Numbered from the stretch's first letter, positions 50,311-63,200 are shown. The stretch: DNA of 64,000 nucleotides from Basidiobolus meristosporus CBS 931.73 (GCA_002104905.1 MCFE01000430.1:12275-76274); one strand, 5' to 3'. Notes: generated by a model not told the origin, from the sequence alone. Numbers and translations: made by a program.

Positions 50311-50595
50311 TGCTGCATTGGATATCATAGTGCATGTTTTCTCAGTAGTACCTCTGAGCTGTGGTATTGTAGGTGGCTTCTTGACCTCCATGTCCTCCTT
50401 GTTCTCCTTGGTGGATATATGTCATGATGGTCAGTTGGGCTTGTGGGGTAGTGACTACTCTTCTTGGCATAAGTCCAGGCTTCACTTGTTTAAAGAGAAG
50501 ATCATCTTTGAGATAGTATTGGTGTGTCTTCTTTCTGAGTTCTCTAAGCTTGTGAATTTCTGTCTAACTAGGGTTCTTGAGCATCCTTAGATATT

Positions 50596-51329
50596 AGACT
50601 TGTTCCGTTGGATAGTGCCACATTGAGCCATGAGTGCCAAATGATGCCATAGTGTGCCAGAGAGGTAAAGTGAGCCTATACTTGGCCACAAAGTGTGAAA
50701 CATAGCTCTGCATCTTCATGTAAAGCAGCCCCTGTTTTTCACCCATTGCGCAGGAGAAAATCCATTTTTTGACCTTTTTTTGTGGTTCAATGTAGCTCAG
50801 GATGTGTAAGAGCACAGGAGAACTGAAGATATGCTTCTGGTACTCAATACCCATGGCACTCTGAATCTAGCTCCTGTAGCTTGTATCATGTCACAAAATT
50901 GAATGGCACTATCTTGGTCCACTGGTACTATCTGGCACTATAAGTGCTTTGTATAGATCTTACTTTAGGTCTAATATTTAAATATAGTGCCAGATAGTAC
51001 CAGTGGACCAAGATAGTGCCATTCAATTTTGTGACATGATACAAGCTACAGGAGCTAGATTCAGAGTGCCATGGGTATTGAGTGCCAGACGCATATCTTC
51101 AGTTCTCCTGTGCTCTTACACATCCTGAGCTACATTGAACCACAAAAAAAGGTCAAAAAATGGATTTTCTCCAACAGAAAGGGTGAAACACAGGGGCTGC
51201 TTTGCATGAAGATGCAGAGCTATGTTTCACACTCTGTGGCCAGGTAGAGGCTCACTTGGCCTCTCTGGCACACTATGGCATCATTTGGCACTCATGGCTC
51301 AATGTGGCACTATCCAACAGAACAGGTCT
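50596..51329. mobile_element. Foldback element copy 2 (734 bp, near-perfect palindrome)
   Basis: Arms of about 345 bp around an AT-rich spacer of about 40 bp; ATT TSD; the empty site is visible in the intact Gypsy (63901-63917). Confidence 0.95.
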
Positions 51330-53455
51330 ATTCTTTGATCAGGCTCCAGGTAGTTCTCTCTTGGTCTTTGATGGCAATATGTTGGATCTCTGGATCAATC
51401 ATATCATCAAAGTGAGGCTCCAAGTTGACAAATAATTGTTGTTCCTTCCGGGAGAGTGCATCAGCTACAACATTTGTCTTGCAGGGATATGCCTAACCAC
51501 AAGGTCAAACATCTTCAGCCATGCCATACATTGGTTTGTGGCATCATCAGGTAGGTCAGGCCTGCAGATCATTCCTATAAGTGGTTTGGCATTTGTCTCC
51601 AGGATAAATGAGTCATGTAGAATTGTGACTTCAGCTTCCTCAGCATCTTCAGAACTCCTAGTAGCTTGCACTTAATCTGTTAGTACCTTTGTTCTCTAGG
51701 AGAGAATAAGCTGCTCACATATCTGCATGCGTAGCAGTTGCCATTTTGATCATCTGGGCCAAGTAGTGCTCCAGCTCCTATAGGGCTTGCATCAACTGTC
51801 AAAATAGGTGGGCATTCAGTGTTCTGGTAGACAAGAGGTCTTAGAGCCAGTGGAGATACTAAGGCCTCTTTTAGTAATTGCATGGCTTCTTCTTGCTCTT
51901 CTCCCCAGAGGAACAGGGTATTCTTTCTCTGTAGTCAGTAAGTTGGTTCTGCTATCTCCAAAAATCTTGGTATTTATATCCTAAATAACCCACAAGCTTG
52001 TGTCAGATTTGTGGGGGTAGGCTAGTTGCACATTTTTGTTTCTTGGAGTCTCCAGGTGAACAACCAAAGGTGTTGCTTTTTTGTCCAACAATGGATATCT
52101 CTCATGCACCAAAGCTGCTTTTCTCACCACTGATGGTGATTCCAGCTTCTTCAATGGCTCCTAGTATGGCACTGTTTTCTGAAGTATTGTCATAGACAAA
52201 CTTTCTTACTCCAGGTATAACTTCAGTAGTGTCCCAGTATTTTGTTCCTTGATGCCTATGATATCTACAAAGACAGCAAGTTTCTCAGGTATAAGCTGGT
52301 ACAGCACATTCACCATGCATCTCTGGAACTGAGCCTCAGAGTTTGTAGCCCCTTGGCTGAGTCTTGTCATTGTTAACTGTCCAATTGGTGTCTGGAGTGC
52401 AAACATGTCTCTTAATGTCTCATATAGGGGGATCTGGTCCTATCTTGAGTAGAGATCATATGTTGAGTAGATGGAGTGACCACTGAAGCTCTCTGCCAAA
52501 TCATCAATAGATAGAGGTATTGCAACATCTCTGATAGTGACAATATTTGCAGGTTGCATGTCTAGTATGAATTGGAGCTTTCCATTCTTCTTTTTGGTCA
52601 CAAACCATCTGTAAGCATGACATCCATGCAACAGCTCTAGGATACCAGCATCAATCTTCTTCTTAAGTAGATCATGCACATCAGCTTGGAGTCCTCTGGG
52701 CAGTGAGTAAGGCTTTTATGACCAAGGTGTGTGAGGCACTGTATATATCTTGATAGGTTTTTCAACCAATGTCTTTAAGAGCCCCATCTCCTTGCCATTA
52801 TATGAGAAAACCTTATCATATCTTTTCAGGGTTTCTTCAAATAATTAGGTCTCCTCAGGTGTTAAGTTTCCATCACCAATGATAAGTTGCTTAAGTCTCT
52901 CAGGTGTAAGTTGTATATGTTCTGGTGTTTCTTCTGGTGGTCTGATGTAATCAGCAAGAAAAGACCCATCAGTCAAAGGTGTAAGTAATGGCTTAATCTT
53001 CTGTTCAACTGTCTGATATGTTGTTTGAACTATGGCTATCTGCTCCTGTATAAACAATGAGCAGCTCCAAATGCTGGGTGTATATTGTCAGGCGCATTAT
53101 CTTCTTCTAAAACAAGATGAATGTTTGGGCAAGCAGTATATGTACTCTTATTGTAGGGTGTTACACCACAAAACATTGACTGTAGCACTGGGTTTGATCC
53201 TTGTAAAGTGTACCACACTGACCCATTGAAACAATTGGTAGTTTTAGCCTTGGTAATGGTCTCCCATGGCCTGCCTAGCAGAAGGTCAAAGTGCCTTCTG
53301 GCAGATAAAGAGGGGAAGCCAGACCTTGATTCCTTGTAGCACAATAGGGAACTTGTGCACTACACCATAGAGTTTGCATTGGTTATGTTCCATCCAATAT
53401 CTCTATCAACAGGCAATAGCTCCTTGCTTCCAAGTGTCTTCCAGAAGTCTAGCGG

Positions 53456-55269
53456 TGGGGAAGGGTAAACATACCTCCCACAGATAAATTCATTCATATA
53501 GTTATTAGACTTGTTCTGTTGGATAGTGCCACATTGAGCCATGAGTGCCAAATGATGCCATAGTGTGGCAGAGAGGCCAAGTGAACCTATACTTGGCCAC
53601 AGAGTGTGAAACAGAGCTCTGCATCTTCATGCAAAGCAGCCCCTGTGTTTCACCTATGATGTAGGAGAAGATCTATTTTTGATGTTTTTTTGTGGATCAA
53701 TGTTGAGAAGATTGTGTAAGAGCACAGAAGAACTTAAGACATGCATCAGGTACTCAATACACATGGCACTCTGAATCTAGCTCCTGTGGCTTGTAGCATG
53801 TCACAAAAATGCATGGCACTATTCTGGTCCACTGGTACTTTCTGGAACTATATTTAATTATTAGCCCTAAAGTAAGACCTATACAAAGCAATTATAGTGC
53901 CAGATAGTACCAATGGACCAAGATAGTGCCCTGCATTTTTGTGACATGCTACAAGCCACAGGAGCTAGATTCAGAGTGCCATGGGTATTGAGTACCTGAT
54001 GCATGTCTTCAATCCTTTTGTGCTCTTACACATCCTGCACAACATTGACCTAAAAAAAAAGGTCAAAATATGGATATTCTCCAATACAATGAGTGAAACA
54101 CAGGGGCAGCTTTGCATAAGGATGCAGAGCTCTGTTTCACACTCTGTGGCCAAGTATAGGCTCATTTGGCCTCCTTGGCACACTACGGCATCATTTGGCA
54201 CTCATGGCTCAATGTGGCACTATCCAACAGTACAAGTCTATTATGATGCACTTGTACATATTTTATCTTATTGATATTTTCCCAATCTTTTTTTGCCCTT
54301 ACTGTTAGTATAATCCACATATGATGTTTACCCTGATTAGTTAATAGCATTAGTTGTCCCAGATGTTATTCAGCTTTGTGATCAGTGTATGTATCTACAT
54401 TAAGCAAGTACCCACATCAGTACCCGTGACACATAAGCTAAGTCTGTAATTATCCTTGCCATTTCAATACCGTATATGGTATCTCTATATTGCGCAGGTT
54501 TCAGGCTACTGATCCCTGATTGGTTGGATGTGCTGTACCTTTTAGAACATTCCAGAACCTTCTTGGAGTATTTTTGGCTCATAGTGATGGCATTAAGAAT
54601 TCCACAGATGCCTGGAATTTTCTTGAACCTTGTCATTAGTGATCACTAGGCAATCAAGAAAAGTATTTGAGGGAAGTCAATCCCTCATCAATAAATCATC
54701 CCTGCTATCAGTAACTCTTCCCCCTTATTGATTAGCATTTGATCACTGTACCTACCTTTAACAGTTACACCTCAGACTTGCCATCAAGTAGCTTTTCAGG
54801 GTAGTGCACAAGACACATAGAAGCCTTTGGAGATACTTGGAGCATATAGGAAGCTAGAGAAGCAGGAGCTTTTACCATAGTGACATATTGACAAAGACAC
54901 CAGCAGTTTAGACATAGAGGTTATTGCACTCATCAGACACCTCCTCACCTTGAGTTGTGTTGCTTCTTCCAGGAGTACCTCTACACCACCACATATTTGG
55001 CACCCAACATAGGGGGTTTGACTGCATCTGCCCACAATAGTTTAATCTCAGACCTGCCATCAAGGAGCTTTCAGTGTAGTTCACAGGACACATAGAGGCC
55101 TTTGAAGACACTTGGAGCACCTAGGAAGCTAGAGAAGCAGGAGCTTTTACCATGGTGACATATTGATAAAGACACCAGCAGCTTAGACCCAGAGGTGATT
55201 GCACCCATCAGACACCTCACACACCTTGAGTTGAGTGGCTTCTTCCAGGAGTACCTCTACACCACCACA
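53456..55269 (+). mobile_element. Collapsed LTR element related to Gypsy A (LTR 53456-54993, PBS, duplicated LTR 3' end about 55040-55269)
   Basis: TG...CA ends; TSD GCGG/GCAG; PBS TGGCACCCAACATAGGG at 54998; about 54770-54993 is repeated at about 55040-55269. Confidence 0.8.
53507..54239. mobile_element. Foldback element copy 3 (733 bp; spacer inverted relative to copy 2)
   Basis: AGACTTGTTC...TACAAGTCT; ATT at 53504-53506 and 54240-54242. Confidence 0.95.
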
Positions 55270-56962
55270 GCAGCATAACACAGATCTGGGCACCACTGTC
55301 AATATGGCAGTCAACAGGGTCATTGTAAATATATCCTTTCACCACAGTAGTTGCAACTGAGTAAAAGGTCTTATATTCAGTAGTGTGGTCATCCTTTTGG
55401 TGGTCTTCATGGCTTGTCTGAATTATATGGGTGTCCATATGTTCAATGTCTTGCTGCCTTATTCTAAGCTGCTCATCAAAAGTCTTCCTAACAGATGGGG
55501 ATACACTCATGATTCCTCCAACAAACAAAGTGAGGTTCTGCTTCAGCAGCTTCTTGGTACTCAGTTTAGGGTTTGGGTAGCTTGCTATCTTTGAGGTCAT
55601 CAGAAATGGTAGCAATGGATCTTGATTGCGCAGTATACCCGGCCTTTTGTCATTGATAACTTCAGGCTCTTCAAATTGTGGTTTTCTAAGGATGGGTTTG
55701 GCAGGTTCTTGAGGAAGTTGTCATTTGGTAGCAAAGGCATTGACTTTGTATTTTCTGTTGTCAGGGCTGCTTGGACTTGTAGTATAAGTCCCAGTAGGGG
55801 CATCAACTGTACTCTTTCTGGTTGCTGAATCAGATTTCTGGAAAAGAGCCCTCATTCCTCCTCTTTGGAAATTGGTGGGCATCCTTCTTCTTTCCCTGTT
55901 AGCAAGCATTCCATCAGAATCAAATTGTACAGCTACTTCTCTAAGTAGCTGACTAAGCTCTGAGCAATCTCTTCTGGCATGCTGAGCAGAGTAACACCAG
56001 ATGCAGTGTCTAGGCAAAGGTCTTTGGCTCTCAGTAGCTACTTCAGCAGAGCCATTAATCTTGAGGGCTAGCTTTTGTAGCTGTTCAGCAAGGTGGTCAA
56101 TTCTGCTGGCTGTGTAGATCTGATTGTCAGCAGCAGAACTCCTTGGCTCCTTGGCTGACTGGTGTGGCAGATTAGACTTCAAAAGTCTCATAAAGGTGGA
56201 AGTTGGCTTTGCCTCTAGCTGAGCACATTTCATCTCTGCAAAGCAAGGAATGCCAGACTTGTCATCCTTGGCTGCATGCCAACTTGTCATTCTTAGCCAC
56301 ATGTACATCAGCTTTCATTGCCAAGTCCTGAGGAAGCCTGTATGCAAGGTAAAGTGTCATGGTAACCTCAATTATATCCTGGGACTCTAGGTTGGCTTAG
56401 CCATGTCTTCATACTATTAAATGAACTCTTCAAGTGGTAGCTTAGAAAGTCAAGTCCTTCCAAAGTGTCTGAGGTCTTCAATTCCATAGTATATCTGAGG
56501 TCTACCATACTTGGTTTGCAGGTAGGTCTTGATTAAGGTCCAGTCAGTGAGAATGTCTCCTTGTCTGAGAAGCTGAGTGGTAATATCATTGGTGCTGTAG
56601 TAGTGGAATTCTTCAGCCATTTCTTGTTCAGATAGGCTACACATCTTGCAGAGCTTCTCCCATGTGAATATGAAGCTTTCCCCATTCATTCCATCAAGCT
56701 GTGGGGCCCCATGTGAGTGTGGTAATGACATAGAGCTCATTTTGGGTAGGTCGGTTGGTGTTGTAATTGTGATGATATTGGTAGTCTCTTTTCAATAAGA
56801 GGATAATGACTCAAATCTTGTGGTAAATCTGTTGGGTTCTAGGGAGCTTGTATGAACCCCCTATGTTAGGTGCCAAATATGTGGTGGCATATAGGTTTAA
56901 GGGAGAGATACATCCAACACTTCCCAAGTGTTTTGTGTGTGGGGTGCTCACCTGGCGCAATA

Positions 56963-57300
56963 TAGTGTAAAAATTTGGATTTCCACCTAAATACTGACCT
57001 AACTTAGTCACTCATATCATTACCTTCAAATCCTAAAGAATACTAACCAAATTTTTTGTTGGGATTTACTTGGAATACTTTCACCAAAATACCAGGTACT
57101 CAGAACATGAATATTCCTAAAGTTGTCCAAACAGCCCTAAACTTTGCATGCATGTTCTTGGTACCTTCCTTAACTTATTCCATCTTCTTTGTATGCCAAA
57201 ACCATGTAAAAGTAAAAATACTACTTGTATACTCAATAAATCATCTAGTGAAAATCACATAATCTACTTTTTCTCCCAATCACTTGCAATATCTCCAAGA
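56963..57300 (+). repeat. Solo LTR-D inside LTR-A
   Basis: Alignable to 719-1066; ends approximate. Confidence 0.75.
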
Positions 57301-57643
57301 CGGAATACTTGGGTTCTGTCTCTAATCTAATATGATAGGGGACAAAGCCACAAGCTTATCAAGGGAAAACTATTGAGCTACAATCCCCAACTTAGTTGAC
57401 ATCTTAACAAAAGTATGTGCTGGGTCCAGCATCTTTTGAGATGACAATGTAGTAAAGCTTCCAAGGTCAAAACAACTGTAAACTCCACCAGCAGGGACTT
57501 GATAAGAAAGCAGCGGTGGTCAATAGTTACAAAGACAGAAAAGTATCTTTGCCTGTACAAGAGCAAACTTGAGAAAGAATCAAATATAATAAAAGATACT
57601 GGCTTTTAGCCGTGGTACCCTTATTCTTCTGTCTTTTATAGAT

Positions 57644-58561
57644 TCAGCTATTCTTAAGATACTTTCTCAGCATTTCAATGCTGGCCCAAAATCCATTAGC
57701 CCATTTGAATCCAGGATAATGCTCATGGAACAAGTCAAGTGCATTCTGCTTGGCCTTGAGTTCCTGATGGTCCCATGGTATGCCGGCCTTAAGGTGATGG
57801 CATGCTAGACTTCTCATGGCCTCTTGTATAATAGCCCACTCTTCATTATTGCACTCAATGACTTCACGGATCATCAATGTCTTTTGATTTTTAGGCTTTG
57901 GTATAAACACCACATTGTCTGCCTCCCATGCTGTGATAGGTTTTTCTGTGGGCTTTATCTTTGGGCACTGTTGTTGTGCTTCAAAGACTGTACAGTGTTC
58001 CTCTGCTGTTACATCAGGAAATGGCTCAATTCTTGGCTGTGACATTGAGCTACTTGAGTCCCTTCTTTGCGGCAAAGATACTGCTTTCTCTACCTGAAGT
58101 ATTGATTGCTCTACACATATTATCCACTCATCCTGTTTCTGGACTACTTCCTGATTTCTATGGGCCATTGCATCTATCCTATCAGCCACTTCATCTAATT
58201 GCTTCATTAATGCTTTGGTATGAGCTGACAACATACTTGCTAATATGGGTGGTGGTGATGTTATCATGGCCACTTGCTGATCTTCAACAGAGGGTACTGC
58301 GTTTGCTACATTCTCATCTGCCTAAGCATAATGGTCAGCTTGTGGCTCCACAGTGGTTCTCAATTCCCTACCTGACTGAGAGCATGAGGAGTCTGCATTA
58401 TTACCTTCAATGGGCACACTGTCCACAGGGCCTTTTTTGGATGTAGCCCTGCTTGTTGCACTGAATGTCAAAGCAAGCTGTTGTCCAACCGTTCTTCTGT
58501 TGCTGTCAGCAGTGGGGTTTGGTTGAGAGCCAGACAACTTTGCTTTATTTTTTGGCGGCAT
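57644..58561 (-). pseudogene. CMC accessory ORF, best-preserved N-terminal ~305 codons (one internal TAG)
   Basis: Track ORFs 58322-58561 and 57644-58273 are in the same frame. The TAG separating them is CAG in the copy near 11585. Confidence 0.8.
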
Positions 58562-58783
58562 ATATATAGAAGTGAGTCAAACCAAAGGGGAAATAGTGTT
58601 TCATATATGTGTGTATGTGGTGCCACAACTTTATTTATAATGCTTACTATGGCAGGTCATCATTCAATCTTACTTTCATGTAGGTGCAATGTCTCAAATA
58701 CAAGACTGTCTTAAGTTCACATGAGTATTGACCAAAAAGTGATATAATAGCGTTACATTGTTGAAGGTCCAACTGTTTGCCCC

Positions 58784-59087
58784 ATGGACAAAACTACTTT
58801 GACTCAACAGCATAAGAGAAGAGAAAAAAGACCATGTGGCTATTGTGGCAAGCCTCTCAGCCATGAAGCATGCAGACAGCATAGGAAGTATTACAAGGAT
58901 CACCGCCAGTGTTTTGGCACCCAAGTCATATTTTACCATTCATTGGTCACTACTGTACCAACATTATCTTACCGGCCAGTTGATACTTCTATATTGGCAC
59001 CTGGCCATCTTTGTCACCTTGCGCAAACTGAGTCAGGTGAGTTTGTGATGCCTTTAGCCTCACCTCAGCCTTCTGAATATGGCACGC
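58784..59087 (+). pseudogene. CMC transposase N-terminus, cut by the Gypsy insertion
   Basis: MDKTTLTQQHKRREKRPCGYCGKPLSHEACRQH. The same start leads into the transposase core at 13127 and, on the minus strand, near 44010. Confidence 0.75.
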
Positions 59088-60163
59088 TGTAGTGGGGTGA
59101 CAGTGACACCCACTGACAGATGTGCTCATTCCCTTATTTTCTACTTCCCTATATCCCTACTACACTCATTTTAGTTTTATCCCATTTGTCTTACCCAATC
59201 AGTACTATCCCATAAGCCGGTTGACTATCACACCTGCTTACCTTATTGCATAAGTTACCCCTCACTTTATGTAAGATTACTAGTTACAAGTGCTTCTATA
59301 TTAGGCAAGTACCCGCGCCAGTACCCGTGACACATGATCAACCCGTGACACCATCCCTACCATTTCCATACCATATATGGTATCCCCATGTTACACAGGT
59401 TTCAGAATACTGATTCCTGATTGGTTGGATGTGCTGTGCCTCTTAGAACCTTCCGGCACCTACTTAGAACATTCTTAGGTCATTCTGATGTCATTAAGAT
59501 TTCTATTGAACTCCGGAACCTTCTGGAACACCATGATTAGTAATCACTTAGCCAGTGAAGAAAAGTATATAAGGGAGGCTATCCCTCAACAATAAATCAT
59601 CATCCCTTTTATCAATATACCGACTTGTTGATTAGTGTGATCACTGCTACCTGCTGCTACCTGAACTTCCAACCCTAGACCACAGGACACTCCCAGGAAA
59701 CCGTGCTGACAGCCAACTGACCTTGGAGGCACTACTTGTGAGGAATACTCAGAGTAGGTATCTTTTATTATATTTGATTCTTTCCCAAGTTTGTTCTTGT
59801 ACAGGCAAAGATACTTTTCTGTCTTTGTAACTATTGACCAAAGCTGCATTCTTATCAAGTCCCTGCTGGTGGAGTTTACAGTTGTTTTGACTTTGGAAGC
59901 TTTAGTACATTGTCATCTCAAAGGACGCTGAACCCAGCACATACTTTTGTTAAGACGCCAACTAAGTTGGGGATTGTAGCTCAATAGTTTTCCCTTGACA
60001 AGCTTGTGGCTTTATTCCCCTTCACATTAGATTAGAGACAAAACCCAAGTATTCCTAGCAAGCTTTTGCCAGAGGTTATCGCACCCAGTGAACACCCCAC
60101 ACACAAAACACTTGAGAAGTGTTGGACGTATCTCTCCCTTGGACTTATACACCACCACATATT

Positions 60164-60180
60164 TGGCACCCAACGTGGGG
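60164..60180 (+). promoter_or_regulatory. PBS TGGCACCCAACGTGGGG, matching the tRNA-Lys(CUU) 3' end
   Basis: Starts 4 nt after the LTR. One mismatch to the canonical Lys1,2 PBS TGGCGCCCAACGTGGGG. Confidence 0.8.
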
Positions 60181-60299
60181 GGTTCATACAAGCTCCCTAG
60201 GACCCAACAAGATTTACCTGAAGATTTGAGCTGTTATCCACCTATTGAAAAGAGACTACCAATATTACAAAGATTACAACACCAACCTACCTGCCCAAC

Positions 60300-63200
60300 A
60301 TGAACTCTATGCCATTACCACTCTCACATGGAGCCCCACAGTTTGATGGAAAGAATGTGGAAAGCTTCATATTCAAATGGGAGAAGCTCTGCAAGATGTG
60401 CAGTCTATCTGAACAAGAAATGGCTGAAGACTTCCCCTACTACTGCACCGATGATATTACCACTAAGCTTCTCAGACAAGGAGACATTCTCACTGACTGG
60501 GCCTTAATGAAGACCTACCTACAGACCGAGTATGGTAGACCCCAGATATACTATGGAATTGAAGATCTCAGGCACTTTGGAAGAACTGGACTTTCCAAGC
60601 TACCACTTGAAGAGCTCATTCAACAGTATGAAGATATGGCCAAGCCACTCCTAGAGTCCCAGGCTATAACTGAGTTTACCATGACACTTTACCTTGCACA
60701 AGGGCTTCCCCAGGACTTGGCAAGGAAAGTTGACTTACATGCTGCCAAGGATGACAAGTCTGGCATTCCTTGCTTTGCAGAGATGAAACGTGTTCTCCTA
60801 GAGGCAAAGCAAACTTCTACCTTTATGAGACTCCTGACATCTAATCTGCCAGACCAGTCAACCAAGGAGCCAAGGAGTGCTGCTGCTGACAATCAGACCT
60901 ACACTACCGACAGAATTGACCAACTTGCTGAACAGTTACAAAAGCTAGCCCTCAAGATTAATGGCTCAGCTGAGGTTCCTACTGAGGGACAAAGACCTTT
61001 GCCCAGGCACTGCATCTGGTGTGACTCTACTCAGCATGCCAGACGAGAATGCTCAGAGCTTAGTCAGCTACTCAGAGAAGGAGCAGTACAGTTTGATGCT
61101 GATGGAATGCTTGCTGACAAGGAAGGAAGAAGGATTCCCACTAATTTCCGAAGAGGAGGGATGAGAGCCCTTTTCCAGAAATCTGACTCAGCAACCAGAA
61201 AGATTACTGTTGATGCCCCTATTGGGACTCATAAAGTGAATTCAAGCAGCTCTGACAACAGACAATATGAAGTTGATGCCTTTGCTACCAAAAGACACCT
61301 CCCTGAAGAACCTGCCAAACCCATCCTTAGAAGACCACGATTTGAAGAACCTGAAGTTGTTATTGACAAGAGGCCTAGTATGCTGCCCACCCAAGATCCA
61401 TTGCCTCACTTTCAGATGACCTCAAAGATAACAAGCTACTCAAGCCCTCAACTGATTACTGAGAAGCTGCTGAAGCAGAACCTCACTTTGTCGGTTGGAG
61501 AAATCATGAGTGTATCCCCATCTGTTAGGAAGACCTTTGATGAGCAGCTTAGAACAAGACGACAAGCTGTTGAACATATGGACACCCATATAATTCACAC
61601 AAACCATGAAGACCACCAAAAAGATGACAACACTACTGAGTATAAGACCTTCTACTCAGTTGCAACTGCTGTGGTGAAAGGATATATATATGATGACCCT
61701 GTTGACTGCCATATTGACAGTGGCTCAGAGATTTGTGTTATGCCGCTAGACTTCTGGAAGACACTTAGAAGCAAGGAGCTACTGCCTGTTGATAGAGATA
61801 TTGGATGGAACATGACTGATGCAAACTCAGGATCTAGTCCACTCTACGGTGTAGTGCACAAGTTCCCTATTGAGGTACAAGGGATCAAGGTCTGGCTTCC
61901 CCTCTTCATCTGCCAGAAGGCAAACTTTGACCTTCTGCTAGGTAGACCATGGGAAACCAGTACTAAGGCTACAACTACCAACTATTCCGATGGGTCAGTA
62001 TGGTACACCATACAAGGATCCAATCCAGGACTACAGTCAACCTTCTGTGGTGTAACACCCAACAATAAGAGGACACATACTGCTTGCCAGAAGACACATC
62101 TTGTTATGGAAGAAGATGAAGAGCCTGACAATATACACCCCAACATTTGGAGCTGCTCATTAGGTATACAGGAGCAAACAGCTATGGTTCGAACAAAATA
62201 CAAGACAGTAGAACAGAAGATTAGACCATCACTTACACCTTTGACTGATGGATCCCGACCTGCTGATTACATTAGACCACCAGAAGAAACACCAGATGAT
62301 ACACGACTTACACCTGAGAGACTTAAGCAACTTATCATTGGTGATGGAAACCTTACACCAGAGGAGATACTATTATTTAAGGAGACCTTGAAAAGGCATG
62401 ATAAGGTCTTCTCATATAATGACAAGGAGATGGGACTCTTAAAGACATCGGTTGAAAAACCCATCAAGATTCATACAGTGCCCCACACACCCTGGTCATT
62501 TAAGCCTTACCCACTGCCCAGAGGACTCCAAGCTGATGTGCATGACCTACTTAAGAAGAAGATAGAAGCTGGTATCCTAGAACCTTGCCATGGGCCCTAT
62601 GCTAACAGATGGTTTGTAACCAAAAAGAAGAATGGAAAGCTCCGATTCATTCAAGACATGCAACCTGCAAATGCTGTCACTATCAGAGATGCTGCTATAC
62701 CTCCATCTATTGATGACTTTGCAGAAAGCTTTAGTGGCCACTCCATCTACTCAACATACGATCTCTACTCAGGATATGACCAGATTCCCCTTGATGAGAC
62801 ATCAAGAGATATGTTTGCACTACAGACACCATTTGGACTATTAAGGATGACAAGACTCAGCCAAGGGGCTACAAACTCCGTGGCTCAGTTCCAGAGATGC
62901 ATGGTGAATGTGCTATACCAGTTTATACCTGAGAAACTTGCTGTCTTTGTGGATGACATAGGCATCAAAGGATCAAAATTCCGGGACACCACTGAAGTTA
63001 TGCCTGGAGTAAGAAAGTTTGTCTATGACCATATTGCAGACAATGATGCCATACTAGGAGCCATTGAAGAAGCTGGACTCACCATCAGTGGTGAGAAAAG
63101 CAGCTTTGGTGTATCAGAGATATCCATTGTTGGACAAAAATGCAACACCTTTGGTCGCTCACCTGGAGACTCCAAGACACAAAAGATATGCAACTGGCCT

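Larger units (their letters stand above)
50310..57598 (-). mobile_element. Degenerate Gypsy family A element (partial 5' LTR 56880-57598, PBS, gag-pol to integrase H2C2), with nested insertions
   Basis: Reverse complement of 59780-64000. ORFs 56450-56740, 55721-56308, 55217-55615 (HIDSGAQICV), 52440-52679, 52206-52406, 51680-51883; GGHGGQEAT near 50390. Confidence 0.92.

Noticed and set aside
50594-54274. Recurring short ORFs MGIEY...WHTMASFGTHGSMWHYPT (50594-50854, 53981-54274, 11100-11366)
   Set aside because: They lie in the arms of the palindromic foldback elements and appear on both strands through symmetry. They have no recognisable motifs, and their lengths differ between copies.
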